In this document: one piece after another, positions 1-10,342 of the stretch | How positions within the stretch are numbered: the stretch's first letter is position 1 | Layout of the letters: each line of letters starts with the position of its first letter | From: Spirochaetia bacterium | Lineage (GTDB): Bacteria; Spirochaetota; Spirochaetia; SZUA-6; Bin103 | Direction of reading: 5' to 3' | NCBI GenBank assembly: GCA_965203905.1 | Contig: CBDBDQ010000005.1 | Span: 5,344,001 to 5,408,000, forward strand | DNA length: 64,000 bases | Notes under the pieces: generated by a model | Seen by the model: the letters and a program-made list of their open reading frames with translations, nothing else | Databases searched by the model: none | What the model was told of the DNA's origin: nothing | Position numbers and translations under genes: made by a program

Positions 1-1513
1 CGCCATGCTGCTGAGCAACTCGCACCTGCAGTGGGGTGACCGCCACACCTACTTCGAGGTGCAGCTCTCGGCTCCGGGAGTGACCTCGTACGGCGCGGTG
101 TGGGTCGGGTTCCCGGTGCTGCGGCAGTGCTTCACCGGGTACCTGGGCTGGACCCAGACCACCAATGGCCCCTACCTCGCCACCCTTTACCGGCTGTCCC
201 TGAAGGGCGGAGGGTACGAGCTGGACGGGAGCGCGCAGCCATTCGCGGAGGAGCGCCAGGTGATCAAAGTGCTGCAGGAGGATGGCACGCTGCGCGACGA
301 GCCGCTGACCATTCGCCGCTCCGCCCACGGTCCGGTGGTGGCCGAGGAGGAGGGTGGGGCGCTGGCGCTGCGGGTGGCGGGCACGGCCCGGCCGCGGATG
401 CTGGAGCAGTTCTGGCGCATGGGGCTGGCGCGCGACCTGGAGCAGTTCCACGCCGCCATGCGCATGCAGCAGCTCCCGCTGTTCAACACCATGTATGCCG
501 ACCGCGACGGGCACATCATGTACCTGTACAACGCGGCGCTGCCGCAGCGCGAGCCGCGCGACGCGCGCTTCTGGAGCGAGTCGGTGCCGGGTAACGACTC
601 GGCACTGATCTGGTCCGCGGACGTGGTGCCCTACGCCGAACTGCCCAAGGTGATCGATCCTCCCGGCGGCTGGGTGCAGAACTGCAACGACTCGCCCTGG
701 ACCTGCACCCACCCCATGGTGTTGGACCCCGCGGACTGGACCCCGCACATCGACCCCGAGCCCAGACATACGGCGCGCGCGCAGCGCAGCATCCGGCTGC
801 TGTCACGGCCGGGCAGGATCAGCCTCGACGACCTCAAGGCAATGAAGCTGTCGACCCGCGTCGAGTTGGCCGATCACTTCGTGGACGACCTGGTGGCGGC
901 CGCGCAACGGTCCGGCGGCGAGCGCACGCGCCGGGCCGCCGGCGTCCTGCAGCGCTGGGACCGCACCACCGAGAACGGCAGCGACGGCGCGCTCCTGTTC
1001 TACCGCTTCGTGGGCGCTGCCGGCGAGGACTTCACGGGCATCGGTGGGTACGGCGTGCCCCCGGATCCTGGGCAACCGCTGACCACGCCGCGCGGCTTCG
1101 CGGCACCGGAGCGGGCGGTCGCGGCGCTCGACGCCGTTGCGGAGGGCCTGGAGCGGGAGTACGGCACCCTGCAGGTACGCTGGGGCAACGTGGTGCGCCT
1201 GCGCCGCGGTTCGCTGGACCTGCCCGGCAACGGCGCGCCCAACGAGCTGGGGGCGATCCGCACCTCGGGCCTGGGCCCGTTCGCCGGCGGCAGCGCGGAG
1301 ATCGTGAGCGGCGACACCTTCTACGCCGTGGTGGAGTTCTCCGATCCGGTGCGGGGCGAGGCGCTGATCGGGTACGGCAACTGGTCACGTGCCGGGTCGA
1401 GGCACGTCAGCGACCAACTGGAGCTGGCCTCGCAGAAGCGGATGCGACCGATCCTGCGGCAGCGCCGGGAGATCGAGGCGGCCCTGGAACACCGGCAGGG
1501 ACTCCGCTACTGA
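1..1513 (+). CDS. Penicillin acylase family (Ntn-hydrolase) protein, 5' part outside window
   Basis: Beta-subunit motifs LLSNSHLQW, GWTQTTN, RRSAHGPVV, FNTMYADRDGHI, GWVQNCN, YGN...HVSDQ; open from the window edge. Confidence 0.9.
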   Translation, partial: AMLLSNSHLQWGDRHTYFEVQLSAPGVTSYGAVWVGFPVLRQCFTGYLGWTQTTNGPYLATLYRLSLKGGGYELDGSAQPFAEERQVIKVLQEDGTLRDEPLTIRRSAHGPVVAEEEGGALALRVAGTARPRMLEQFWRMGLARDLEQFHAAMRMQQLPLFNTMYADRDGHIMYLYNAALPQREPRDARFWSESVPGNDSALIWSADVVPYAELPKVIDPPGGWVQNCNDSPWTCTHPMVLDPADWTPHIDPEPRHTARAQRSIRLLSRPGRISLDDLKAMKLSTRVELADHFVDDLVAAAQRSGGERTRRAAGVLQRWDRTTENGSDGALLFYRFVGAAGEDFTGIGGYGVPPDPGQPLTTPRGFAAPERAVAALDAVAEGLEREYGTLQVRWGNVVRLRRGSLDLPGNGAPNELGAIRTSGLGPFAGGSAEIVSGDTFYAVVEFSDPVRGEALIGYGNWSRAGSRHVSDQLELASQKRMRPILRQRREIEAALEHRQGLRY

Positions 1514-2469
1514 CGCCGCTCCGTCAGCAGCCGCAGAAAGTCCGCCTCGTCACGGCATTCCAGCGCCGCCTGGACCAGCGCCCCGGTGGAGATGTTCCCA
1601 AGTTCCGGAAGGCGCCGGGACAGTGTTGCCGACACGCTCAGGCCCCGCGTATCGAGCACCTGCAGTACGGCTGCGCTCGCCGCTTCCACCCGGCCCTCCG
1701 TCCGGCCCTCCTGGCGCTCGGCGTGCAGGAACGGATCGTCATCCGGGCCCGTGCCCTCCGCGGCACCGAGCGCGCGCCCGATCCGGCGCAGGGCCGCCGT
1801 GGTTGCGCCGGACAGCTCCGGCTCGTTCAGCGCCAGGTGAATCTCCTCCGCCGTCCAGCCCGGGAACGCCCGGCTGGTCGGCGCGGTGCGAAAGCCCTCG
1901 TCTTCCGCCAACAGGTAGATCGTCAAGCCGGGTCGCAGTCCCGCCGGCCGGCTCGGCGTCGCCATGTCAGGCACTTCCACCCATACCTCGGGGAAGCCCC
2001 AGGACTTGTAGATGCCCAGCTTGCCGCGGCGTACGTCGGTGGTGTTGTCCACCTCCAGGACCACGTCCGGCAACTGGTCGCTGCCAACTTCGATCGCGGG
2101 GCCCCAGGGGCGCGCCGCGCGCGGCCGCAGGTACACGGTCTGATCGGCCTGCAGGATGCGCAGGTGACGCCCGTGCGCGTCGCGCACCAGGAGATCCGAC
2201 GCGCCGAACGTCTCGATCGGAGAGCCACGGGTCTGGGCGATGCGATCGATCAGGCGGACGAGGCGCTGCGGCGGGTGTTCGTGGTAGAGGCTGACCGAAT
2301 CGCACACCATTGCGACCTCGGTGTCGGCGCTCCAGTACTCGATGCGGCCTTCGTAGTCGGCGATCTCGTCGCGCGAAATGCGTACCGGCCGACAGCCCGG
2401 AAACTGTAACGGCTCCGGCTCGCCGTACTGTATCCGCCGCGGCATCGAGGCAACGCTGTATTCGGCCAT
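1507..2469 (-). CDS. Uma2/DUF820-family PD-(D/E)xK endonuclease-like protein
   Basis: EGRIEY, QADQTVY, LPDVVLEVDNTTD, KLGIYKSWGFPEVWV, SRAFPGW motifs. Confidence 0.85.
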   Translation of the reverse strand: MAEYSVASMPRRIQYGEPEPLQFPGCRPVRISRDEIADYEGRIEYWSADTEVAMVCDSVSLYHEHPPQRLVRLIDRIAQTRGSPIETFGASDLLVRDAHGRHLRILQADQTVYLRPRAARPWGPAIEVGSDQLPDVVLEVDNTTDVRRGKLGIYKSWGFPEVWVEVPDMATPSRPAGLRPGLTIYLLAEDEGFRTAPTSRAFPGWTAEEIHLALNEPELSGATTAALRRIGRALGAAEGTGPDDDPFLHAERQEGRTEGRVEAASAAVLQVLDTRGLSVSATLSRRLPELGNISTGALVQAALECRDEADFLRLLTERRQ

Positions 2470-2558
2470 GGCGCGATTTTATCACAGTGGCCGGAGATCG
2501 GAGTGCAGTCCGGCCGGCCGGATACAGTGCGCCTTCGCGTGGTAGCATCGCGCGGCTT

Positions 2559-3818
2559 ATGAGTATGGAAACACCCCTCAAGCTGGCCCTGATCGGGGCC
2601 GGCAATCGCGCTTCGACCGTCTACGGTCCCGTCCTCCCTCACCTGAAGCGGTGGGTGGAGGTGGCGGCGGTATGCGATCCGGTGGCCGAGCACGCGGAAG
2701 CGCTCGCAGCTCGGCTCGGCGCGCGGCCCTTCACGTCGATTCGGGACCTGGTCGCGGCGGAGCTGGTGGAGGCCGCGCTGGTGGTGGCGCCGGTGCCGCT
2801 GCACCACTCGATATCGGTGTTCCTGGCGCAGCATGGCATTCATCACGAGGTGGAGACCTCGATCGCCAGCACGCTGGGGCAGGCGGAGGACATGGTGGCG
2901 CAGGCGCGGAGCGCCGGGATCGTGCTGCGTATCGGCGAGAACTTCTTTCGCTTCTCCACCGACCGCATCATGAAGGCGGTGGCCGCCAGCGGGGTGATCG
3001 GGGAGGTGCGCCGCATCCTCTGCATGTACGATCACACCGGGTACCACAACAACTCGCGCTGGATCGTATTCCACGAGGGACCGGCGCTCACCGCCCGTTC
3101 CTTCGCCCACGAGATGCCGACCGCGCCCTACAACTCGATGCCGCATCGCCATCACACCAGCGAGCGGTTCCACTGCAACGTGTTCACCTTCGCCGGAGAG
3201 CGCCTGGTGGTCGACCTGGCGGGCAACATCAAGGGCAACCTGGGGCGCTATCCGCGGCCCGGCTACACCGAGGTGGCCGGCGCCCGCGGCACCGTGGTGC
3301 AGGAGGCCACCGCCCAGTGGACCGGCCGCGCCGAGGTGCAGCGCTGCAGCGACCACGCGCTGCAGAACGGCGGCCGCGCCGACGAGGTGGCCCCGGTGGT
3401 GGAGGAGGTGGTGGACGACGTGTGGACCCGTTCCTACGTGGACGTCGCCGGCCACCACGTCGAATACGTCAACGAGTACCGGGTGCCGGCCGCCAACCAG
3501 CGCGCCTACTACGGTCCCTCGGTGGCCGGTCACATCGCCGACTTCGCGCGCGCGGTGTGGCGGGCCCGCGGCTCGCGGCAGGCCGCGGCCGAGCTGGAGG
3601 CCGCGGGCTTCGAGTACACCGACCAGGAGGCGCTGGCGGCGCTGTACATGGACGTCGGCTGCCACGAATCGCTGCGCCGCGGCGGGGTGGAGCTGAGCCT
3701 GCCGGTCCGTGGCGAGCTGGAGTCGGAGCGGGAGAGCGAAGCCACGTTCCGCGCCACCTACGGCGTCGATCACCTGGACGTGGAGGGCATGCTCGCGTAC
3801 AAGCATCCGCGGCCGTGA
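2559..3818 (+). CDS. Gfo/Idh/MocA family oxidoreductase
   Basis: LKLALIGAGNRA Rossmann start, VAAVCD, HHEVETSIA, IGENFFRF; start placed at ATG 2559. Confidence 0.85.
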   Translation: MSMETPLKLALIGAGNRASTVYGPVLPHLKRWVEVAAVCDPVAEHAEALAARLGARPFTSIRDLVAAELVEAALVVAPVPLHHSISVFLAQHGIHHEVETSIASTLGQAEDMVAQARSAGIVLRIGENFFRFSTDRIMKAVAASGVIGEVRRILCMYDHTGYHNNSRWIVFHEGPALTARSFAHEMPTAPYNSMPHRHHTSERFHCNVFTFAGERLVVDLAGNIKGNLGRYPRPGYTEVAGARGTVVQEATAQWTGRAEVQRCSDHALQNGGRADEVAPVVEEVVDDVWTRSYVDVAGHHVEYVNEYRVPAANQRAYYGPSVAGHIADFARAVWRARGSRQAAAELEAAGFEYTDQEALAALYMDVGCHESLRRGGVELSLPVRGELESERESEATFRATYGVDHLDVEGMLAYKHPRP

Positions 3819-3852
3819 GCCGGCCGGCTGAATGCCGCGCGCCGGGACCCGC

Positions 3853-6042
3853 TCAGGCGTGGGTCAGGGTCTGGGCGTCAGCCAGGGCGCGCTGTGCCTC
3901 GACCATGCGCCGGTAGCGGCCGCCCAGGGCCAGCAGTTCGGCGTGGGTGCCCAACTCCGCGATCCGGCCCGCCTCCATCACCACCAGCCGCCCGGCGCGG
4001 CGCAGCGTTGCCAGCCGGTGGGCGATCGCGATCACGGTGCGGCCGGCGGTGAGTGCCGCCAGCGCGGCGTGGATGCGTTCCTCGGTTTCCAGGTCCAGGG
4101 CCGAGGTCGCCTCGTCGAGGATCAGGATGCGCGGATCGCGCAGGATGGCGCGGGCGATGGAGATGCGCTGGCGCTCGCCGCCCGAGAGCCGCTGGCCGCG
4201 CTCTCCCACCACGGTATCGAAGCCGTCGGGAAACCCCATCACGAAGTCATACGCCTGGGCGATGCGCGCCGCCTGCAGCACCTCGGCGTCGGCGGCGTCC
4301 GGCCTGGCGTAATGGATGTTGTCGGCCACCGTGCCCGAGAACAGGAACGGGTCCTGCAGCACCACGCTCACTTGGCGCCGCAGCGCGGCGGGCTCCAGGT
4401 CGCGCAGGTCGACGCCGTCCAGGGTGACGGCCCCGCCGTCGACGTCGTAGAGCCGCAGCAGCAGGTTGATCACGGTGGACTTGCCGGCCCCCGAGGCCCC
4501 CACCAGGCCCACCATCTCGCCCGCCGCGATGCGCAGCGAGAAGTCGCGCAGCACCGGCTCCCCCGGCCGGTAGGCGAAGTCCACGCCCGCGAACTCCACG
4601 GCGCCGCTCAGATCGCGGCTCACCGGCCGCGCCGGGGCCGTGATCTCGGGCTCCTGGTCGATCGCCTCGAACACGCGCTCGGCCGAGGTCAGCGCCTCCA
4701 CCAGCCGTTGCGGCATCTCCCCGGCCCACGCCAGCGGCTCCACCAGCAGCACCACGTAGGCCGCGAACTGCACCAGCTCGCCCACGCTCAGCTCGCCGGC
4801 GAGCACCAGGGCGCCGCCGACCAGCAGCACCAGAAGCTCGCCCAGGCGGGTAGCGAACTCCACCAGCGGTCCCATGACGCGCCAGATCTTCTGGTTGCGC
4901 ACGTCGATCACGTACTTGCGGGCGGTCCAGTGATGGTAGCGGGAGATCTCGGCCTGCTCGCGGCGGAACGCCTTGACCACGCGGATGCCGGCCAGCACGT
5001 CGTGCACGAAGCTGCCGATCTTGTCGTGCAGGCGGTGATGGGTGCGCTCCATCCAGCGCGCCAGCCGCCACACCGCCACCGCGAGCAGCGCCGCGAGCGG
5101 AATGGTGGAGATGGTGAGCAGTGCCAGCAGCCAGTTCTGGGCGAAGGCCACCGCGCATAGCAGCGCGAACAGCAGCACCTGGCTCACGCCGTCGGTGGCC
5201 CAGCTCTGCAGGAAGCGACGCAGGTTGGTGGTGTCGGCGGCCACCCGGTTGAGCACGTCGCCCGGCGGCTTGGCGGCGATGAAGCGCAGCGACATCGCCT
5301 GCACGCTGGCGTAGACCGCCTGCCGCAGGTCGTACACCAGCCCGGCGCTGAGCCGCGCCACGCCGCGGTTGCGCAGCACCAGGATTCCGGCCCGCAGCAC
5401 GTAGCTGGCCGCCATCGCCGTTAGCAGCCACGCTACCGGTCCCGGCTGGACGTTGCGCGGCACCAGCCAGTCGTCGATCAGCACGCGGGTGAGCTGCGGC
5501 AGCAGCAGGGTGAGCAGGTTGGCGGCGATGAACAGCAGCAGGGTCAGCAGCACGGTCCCGCGGTGGGGCCGGAGAAAAACCAGCAGGCGCCGCAGCACGC
5601 CGCGCGGGTCGCGCAGCGGCTCGGCCACCCAGTCGCGGGCGAAGCCGCCGCGCTGCTGCGCGGCCAGGCCGTCGGCCGGCGCGGCGTCCCGCTCCTGGTG
5701 CGCCACGCGGGCGCTGCCGTCGAGGGCGGCCGCCAGGCGCAGGTGGGCGCTGGCGTGGCGGCGGCTGAACCAGGCGAGGGTGCGGCCGGCGCCTCCTTGC
5801 GGGGTGACCAGGAACATGCCGGAGCCGGTCATTACCTGGGCGGCGAAGCGCTCGCCGGGGGTGCGCCTGTAGTGCAGCACGGCGCGCCCGCCGGCGACCG
5901 CGAGCACGCTTTTTTCAGTGATCACCAGGTGGCCGTCCTGGTAGCGGGCGCGTGCGTCGAGGTCCGCCGTCACGCAGTGCAGCGGCGTCTCGCTCGGAGC
6001 GGCGGCCGATACCGCGGCGGCCACCCCGGATGGCAGCGTCAA
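3853..6042 (-). CDS. ABC transporter, fused permease/ATPase with N-terminal extension
   Basis: Walker A GASGAGKST, LSGGERQR, ILILDEAT, AHRL; TM domain; likely TTG start overlapping the upstream stop. Confidence 0.9.
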   Translation of the reverse strand: MTLPSGVAAAVSAAAPSETPLHCVTADLDARARYQDGHLVITEKSVLAVAGGRAVLHYRRTPGERFAAQVMTGSGMFLVTPQGGAGRTLAWFSRRHASAHLRLAAALDGSARVAHQERDAAPADGLAAQQRGGFARDWVAEPLRDPRGVLRRLLVFLRPHRGTVLLTLLLFIAANLLTLLLPQLTRVLIDDWLVPRNVQPGPVAWLLTAMAASYVLRAGILVLRNRGVARLSAGLVYDLRQAVYASVQAMSLRFIAAKPPGDVLNRVAADTTNLRRFLQSWATDGVSQVLLFALLCAVAFAQNWLLALLTISTIPLAALLAVAVWRLARWMERTHHRLHDKIGSFVHDVLAGIRVVKAFRREQAEISRYHHWTARKYVIDVRNQKIWRVMGPLVEFATRLGELLVLLVGGALVLAGELSVGELVQFAAYVVLLVEPLAWAGEMPQRLVEALTSAERVFEAIDQEPEITAPARPVSRDLSGAVEFAGVDFAYRPGEPVLRDFSLRIAAGEMVGLVGASGAGKSTVINLLLRLYDVDGGAVTLDGVDLRDLEPAALRRQVSVVLQDPFLFSGTVADNIHYARPDAADAEVLQAARIAQAYDFVMGFPDGFDTVVGERGQRLSGGERQRISIARAILRDPRILILDEATSALDLETEERIHAALAALTAGRTVIAIAHRLATLRRAGRLVVMEAGRIAELGTHAELLALGGRYRRMVEAQRALADAQTLTHA

Positions 6043-6527
6043 AACATCGCCTCCAGCCGGCGCCGGATGCGCGGCGGCAGCTCGGCGCGCGGCGCCAGCC
6101 GGTAGCGGTTGCCGTCCACGTCGACCAGCAGCAGCGTCCCATCCGGGAGGTCGCGCAGGTTGGCGTGCTCGTTCTGCACCGTGAACCGGGTCGCCCCGGC
6201 CTCCGTATCGACCTGCCAGTGCGACTGGCCGAAGCGCTCCTCCAGCGCCGTGATGGCGGTGATCCGCGGGGCGAAGTAGCGGCGCCGCAGCTCGCCCTCG
6301 ATCAGCTCGCGGTCGGCGGACGGGAAGGTCTCCAGCGGTGCCAGCAGCCCCAGCTCGGCGCCGGCCGCGTCCCGCACGGCGACCAGGTCGTCCGGCGCCG
6401 AGAACGGGAATGCGCGGTAGAAGTCCACCGGCTCGTGGCGCGTGCCACCGGCCAGCAGCGCCCGCACCAGGTCGCCCTCGGTGCGCTCGAACCGTATCTG
6501 CTCGGGTCCCAGCCGGGAACCAATCAT
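6039..6527 (-). CDS. DUF1854 domain protein
   Basis: RAFPFSAPDDLVAV, ELRRRYFAPRI, WQVDTEAG, DVDGNRY; ATGA overlap with the upstream ABC gene. Confidence 0.8.
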   Translation of the reverse strand: MIGSRLGPEQIRFERTEGDLVRALLAGGTRHEPVDFYRAFPFSAPDDLVAVRDAAGAELGLLAPLETFPSADRELIEGELRRRYFAPRITAITALEERFGQSHWQVDTEAGATRFTVQNEHANLRDLPDGTLLLVDVDGNRYRLAPRAELPPRIRRRLEAMF

Positions 6528-8710
6528 TCGCCAACTCCGATCACGTGCAGCGCCTCCTGCTGGCGCTCCACCAGGCGTTGATAGAAGCCGCCATTGCGCA
6601 TCAGGTGCGCGTGCGGCCCGCTCTCCACGACCCTGCCGCCGGCCAGCACGTAGAGCCGCGCCGCCAGGCGCAGCGTGGACAGCCGATGGGCGATCACCAC
6701 CACCGTGCGGCCGTGCACCAGCCGCTCGATGGCGGCCTGGATGCGCAGCTCGGTCTCGGTGTCCACGCTCGCGGTGGCCTCGTCCAGCAGCAGGATCGGC
6801 GGGTCCAGCAGCAGGGCGCGGGCGATCGCGAGGCGCTGCCGCTGGCCGCCCGACAGGCCGTGGCCACCGGGTCCGAGCTCGGTGTCGTATCCGTCCGGCA
6901 GTTGCAGAATGAAGTCGTGGGCGTCGGCGGCCATGGCGGCGGCCACGATCCGGTCGCGGCCGGCGTCGGGACGGGCGTAGCCGATGTTGGCGGCCACGCT
7001 GCCCAGAAACAGGTAGCTGTCCTGCAGCACCACCCCGATCTGCGCGCCGAGGTCGGCAGCCGCCAGGGAGCGCACGTCGGTTCCGCCGATGCGCACCGCC
7101 CCCTGGTCGGGGTCGTAGAGCCGCGCCAGCAGGTTGATCACCGTGGACTTGCCGGCCCCGGTATGGCCGACCAGGCCGATCATCTCGCCGGGCGCCGCGC
7201 GCAGGCTCACCTCGCGCAGTGCCGGCTGTCCGGGGGTGTAGCTGAACGACACCCGTTCCAGGGCAATTCCGCCCTGATTGGGGGTTATATGCCCCGTACG
7301 GGGCGTTTGCGGTAGGTCGGGCGGGGCGTCGATCAGCGTCAGCAGGCGGCGTGCGGCGGTGGCGACGCGGGCCCAGTCCTGAGCCAGCTCCACCAGCCCT
7401 CCGACCGGCCAGAAGAAGCGCCCGAGGTAGCCGGCGAAGGTCACCAGCACCCCGACGCTCACCTGGTCGCGCGCCACCGCCCAGGCGCCCGCGGCCCACA
7501 CCGCCACCAGCACCAGCTCGGTGACGAGCTGCATCGGTGGCTGGGTGGTCCCTACCATGGCGTCGGCCAGGTAGCCGAGGCGCGCCGCCGCGCGGTTGGG
7601 CGCCGCGAACCGCTCCAACTCGCGTTGCTGGCGGCCGAAGGCGCGTACCACTCGCGCCCCGGTCAGGGAGTCGCTGGTGACGGTGCGCAGCTCCGCCTCG
7701 GCCCGGAACAGGCGGTCGAAGTAGGAGTTGACCTCGGGAATGATGCGCCGGAACACGATGAACAGCAGCGGGAAGGGGAGGATGGCCGCGGCCGCGAGCT
7801 GCCAGTCGAGCGCCAGCATGGCGATCAGCGAGCCCGCCAGGAACAGGCCGCCGGTGAGCGCCGACGGGGCGATGATGTGGAACAGCAGCGCGATGTCGGA
7901 GGCGTCCTGCTCCAGCCGGGTCATCATCTCGCCGGTATGGCGGGCACTGTAGAAGCGCATCGAGAGGCGCTGCAGCGACCCGAACGCGGAGCGCTTGAGG
8001 GTGACCTCCAGGTCGTGGATGAAGGCGGCGTTGGTCCAGCCCCAGGTGACCCTGGCGCCCACCTCGGCCAGCAGCGCCAGCAGGATCAGGCCCACCGCCA
8101 GCAGCAGCCGGCCGGCGAAGCGGCCATCGGGAGCCAGCACCTCGTCGAACAGGAACTGCCCCGCCAGCAGCGGCGCCATCACCGCCGCCCCCGCGCCCGC
8201 GGCCAGCGCCACGGCGATCACCGGCAGGCGCCAGTACTTGCTCGCCGGCATCATGGTGAACAGCCGCGGCAGCACGCGCCCGCCGGCCGCCGGCGTCTCC
8301 TCCGGCGCTGGCTCCGCGTCCGCCTCGTCCGCCGGGACCGCCGCGCGCTCCGGGGCGTCCGGCGCGTCCCGCGCGCCGCTCCGCAGCACCCGATTCGCCG
8401 CCTGCACGAAATCCTCCGCCGCGGCCGCCCGCGCACCGGAGTAGCGCGCCAGCAGCCGCACGCTCCCGGCGCCGTGCGCGGTCAGGCGGCCGCCGCTCAA
8501 GTACCGATGGGTATCCAGGCGGTCGATCTCGTCCGCCGCCAGCAGAGTCACGGCGCCGTCACGGACCAGCGCCACCCCGGCCGGCCCCGCGACCAGCCAG
8601 GCGGTCGTCAGGTGCCCGTCCGGGGTGATGTCCGCGGCGAAGGAAGCGACCGCCTCGAAGTCAGGCTGAACTCGTCTCAGCAGCCGGTTAATGTCGGAGG
8701 GCAGGGTCAC
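6524..8710 (-). CDS. ABC transporter, fused permease/ATPase with N-terminal extension
   Basis: GHTGAGKST, LSGGQRQR, LLLDEAT, IAHRLST; TM helices. Confidence 0.9.
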   Translation of the reverse strand: MTLPSDINRLLRRVQPDFEAVASFAADITPDGHLTTAWLVAGPAGVALVRDGAVTLLAADEIDRLDTHRYLSGGRLTAHGAGSVRLLARYSGARAAAAEDFVQAANRVLRSGARDAPDAPERAAVPADEADAEPAPEETPAAGGRVLPRLFTMMPASKYWRLPVIAVALAAGAGAAVMAPLLAGQFLFDEVLAPDGRFAGRLLLAVGLILLALLAEVGARVTWGWTNAAFIHDLEVTLKRSAFGSLQRLSMRFYSARHTGEMMTRLEQDASDIALLFHIIAPSALTGGLFLAGSLIAMLALDWQLAAAAILPFPLLFIVFRRIIPEVNSYFDRLFRAEAELRTVTSDSLTGARVVRAFGRQQRELERFAAPNRAAARLGYLADAMVGTTQPPMQLVTELVLVAVWAAGAWAVARDQVSVGVLVTFAGYLGRFFWPVGGLVELAQDWARVATAARRLLTLIDAPPDLPQTPRTGHITPNQGGIALERVSFSYTPGQPALREVSLRAAPGEMIGLVGHTGAGKSTVINLLARLYDPDQGAVRIGGTDVRSLAAADLGAQIGVVLQDSYLFLGSVAANIGYARPDAGRDRIVAAAMAADAHDFILQLPDGYDTELGPGGHGLSGGQRQRLAIARALLLDPPILLLDEATASVDTETELRIQAAIERLVHGRTVVVIAHRLSTLRLAARLYVLAGGRVVESGPHAHLMRNGGFYQRLVERQQEALHVIGVGE

Positions 8711-9257
8711 GAAGCACGGAACCTACCGCCCCCCGCAGCACGCGGTCAACGCCGGAGTTCACGGTACGCGGGGCATCGCCATCAGGGCCATCCCATGCTG
8801 AACGACCTCTGAATCCCGCGTGGACAAGCGGCGGTGATGGCCCCGACCCCTGCCAGATTCGCTGCTCTCAGGGTACGGGTTCGTTCGCTGTACGACATGT
8901 CCACGAACGGGTGGGTTGCCACCCAACCGCAGCGCGCCGTTCTCCGCCGATACATTGCTGCCACGTCGGCGCCGCGGTGCAGGATTGTGCGACAAGTGCC
9001 AAAAAAATGCGCTGAGCACTTGACGGGTTTGGCGCCGCTCGTAGTGGCCCCCTGCCGCCCGGTCCGGCCTTCAAACATCCCGCCACGCCCTCCAGGCCTG
9101 TCAGCACCCCGCCAGCGCCGGCCTACACTCTTTCAGGTGCCGGTCCGGGACTTGCCTAAACCGGGCATTTCTTAGCCATGCTTATATTTGCGCCACGGCT
9201 ACCGATTCTATTTTATCCTGCTCGGTTCTGATTCACTCTGTTCTGAGGAGTTGACAC

Positions 9258-9476
9258 GTGCCTGCACAGTTCCATTCTGGTGCATCACCGACACCGGTCC
9301 TTGATGGCTACCCCGTAATCTTGCGGACGCGAGCGGTGCTGGAGTTGACGGATCTGTCGCGTACTACATTATGGCGACGCGAACGAACTGGCGACTTTCC
9401 AAGGTTAGTCAAGCTCGGAGGTCCGGAATCGCGCGCAGTCGGTTTGGCTGCGTTCGGATTTAGAACGATAGCTGGA
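9258..9476 (+). pseudogene. alpA: AlpA-family phage regulator/excisionase, frameshifted
   Basis: ILRTRAVLELTDLSRTTLWRRERTGDFPRLVKLG..RAVG, then a frameshift into WLRSDLER and a TAG; GAGGAG RBS upstream. Confidence 0.8.
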
Positions 9477-9609
9477 GGCTATGTCGAAGGCGTAAGCCGT
9501 TATCGTGAGGACGCGGGGACCGGAGGGAACCGGACAGGATGCAGCCCCTTCCATCTTAGCCGAGGCGGTCGCAAAAAATGCCCTTGTCGGACGTTAGGAA
9601 ACGGCGAAA

Positions 9610-10104
9610 CTAGTTTTTCTTGCGGCGTCGAATACGACGTCGAGCTCGTTCAAGGAATTCGAGAGAGTCAAGAGCATCAAATATCGGTCTGCTTATAACT
9701 AAGCCGAATCTGGGGGAGTTTTGGTTAGTCTGAAGATCGTCATAGATCCCTATAGCCTTGCGCAATCCCAAGATTTGAGTCCCCGTCATAGCGTCTGACC
9801 TGAAATCAAGAGCTTGCTCTACATATCGTTTTGTCGCGTAAAACAGCTTGTGACGGAAATCCTCTCCAGTCACTATTAAGTGGCCCGTTGGAGCGCGTTG
9901 ATCGGGAACTGATTCTGCGAGTAGCGTGTCTCGATGTGCCTCAATTAATGAGGCGATATACTGGATCTGCCCTCTCCGTTTGCAGAGCAGCGTAAGATAT
10001 TGAATGCCGGATAGAACAATTCCCGCTGAAACACCGATAACGACGCCTTCCAGCAATGCAATCGGATCGACTACGAGGGAAGATAGGAGCTGGTCGTCGG
10101 ACAT
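9610..10104 (-). CDS. Hypothetical protein with one N-terminal TM helix, low GC
   Basis: 164-aa ORF; hydrophobic segment IALLEGVVIGVSAGIVLSGIQYL. Confidence 0.55.
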   Translation of the reverse strand: MSDDQLLSSLVVDPIALLEGVVIGVSAGIVLSGIQYLTLLCKRRGQIQYIASLIEAHRDTLLAESVPDQRAPTGHLIVTGEDFRHKLFYATKRYVEQALDFRSDAMTGTQILGLRKAIGIYDDLQTNQNSPRFGLVISRPIFDALDSLEFLERARRRIRRRKKN

Positions 10105-10342
10105 GATGGAAGTGTAACAAGGAACGCTGCGCCGGCGTCAAGCTGGAATCCACGCCGCCGCGCCAGCCCGAGCGACAGAACGGCAGTTTAAAGAAGCGGC
10201 TGGGAGGGGTGGGATTGGCTTGGCGCTTTCGCGGGGACAAGGCGATACTGAGACGGTGGCAGAGCTTGTCGACCGCCACGGCAACGAGCCGTCTAGATCT
10301 GCCGAAACCAGATTCGCGGACCAGTCGGACACGCCCAGCGAC

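Noticed and set aside
3853-6534. 893-aa ABC protein
   Set aside because: The first ~164 codons overlap the DUF1854 gene in another frame; the start at 6042 is more plausible.
8760-9170. Possible ncRNA or att site in the intergenic region left of alpA
   Set aside because: No recognisable RNA motif, and no matching repeat found at the other island end.
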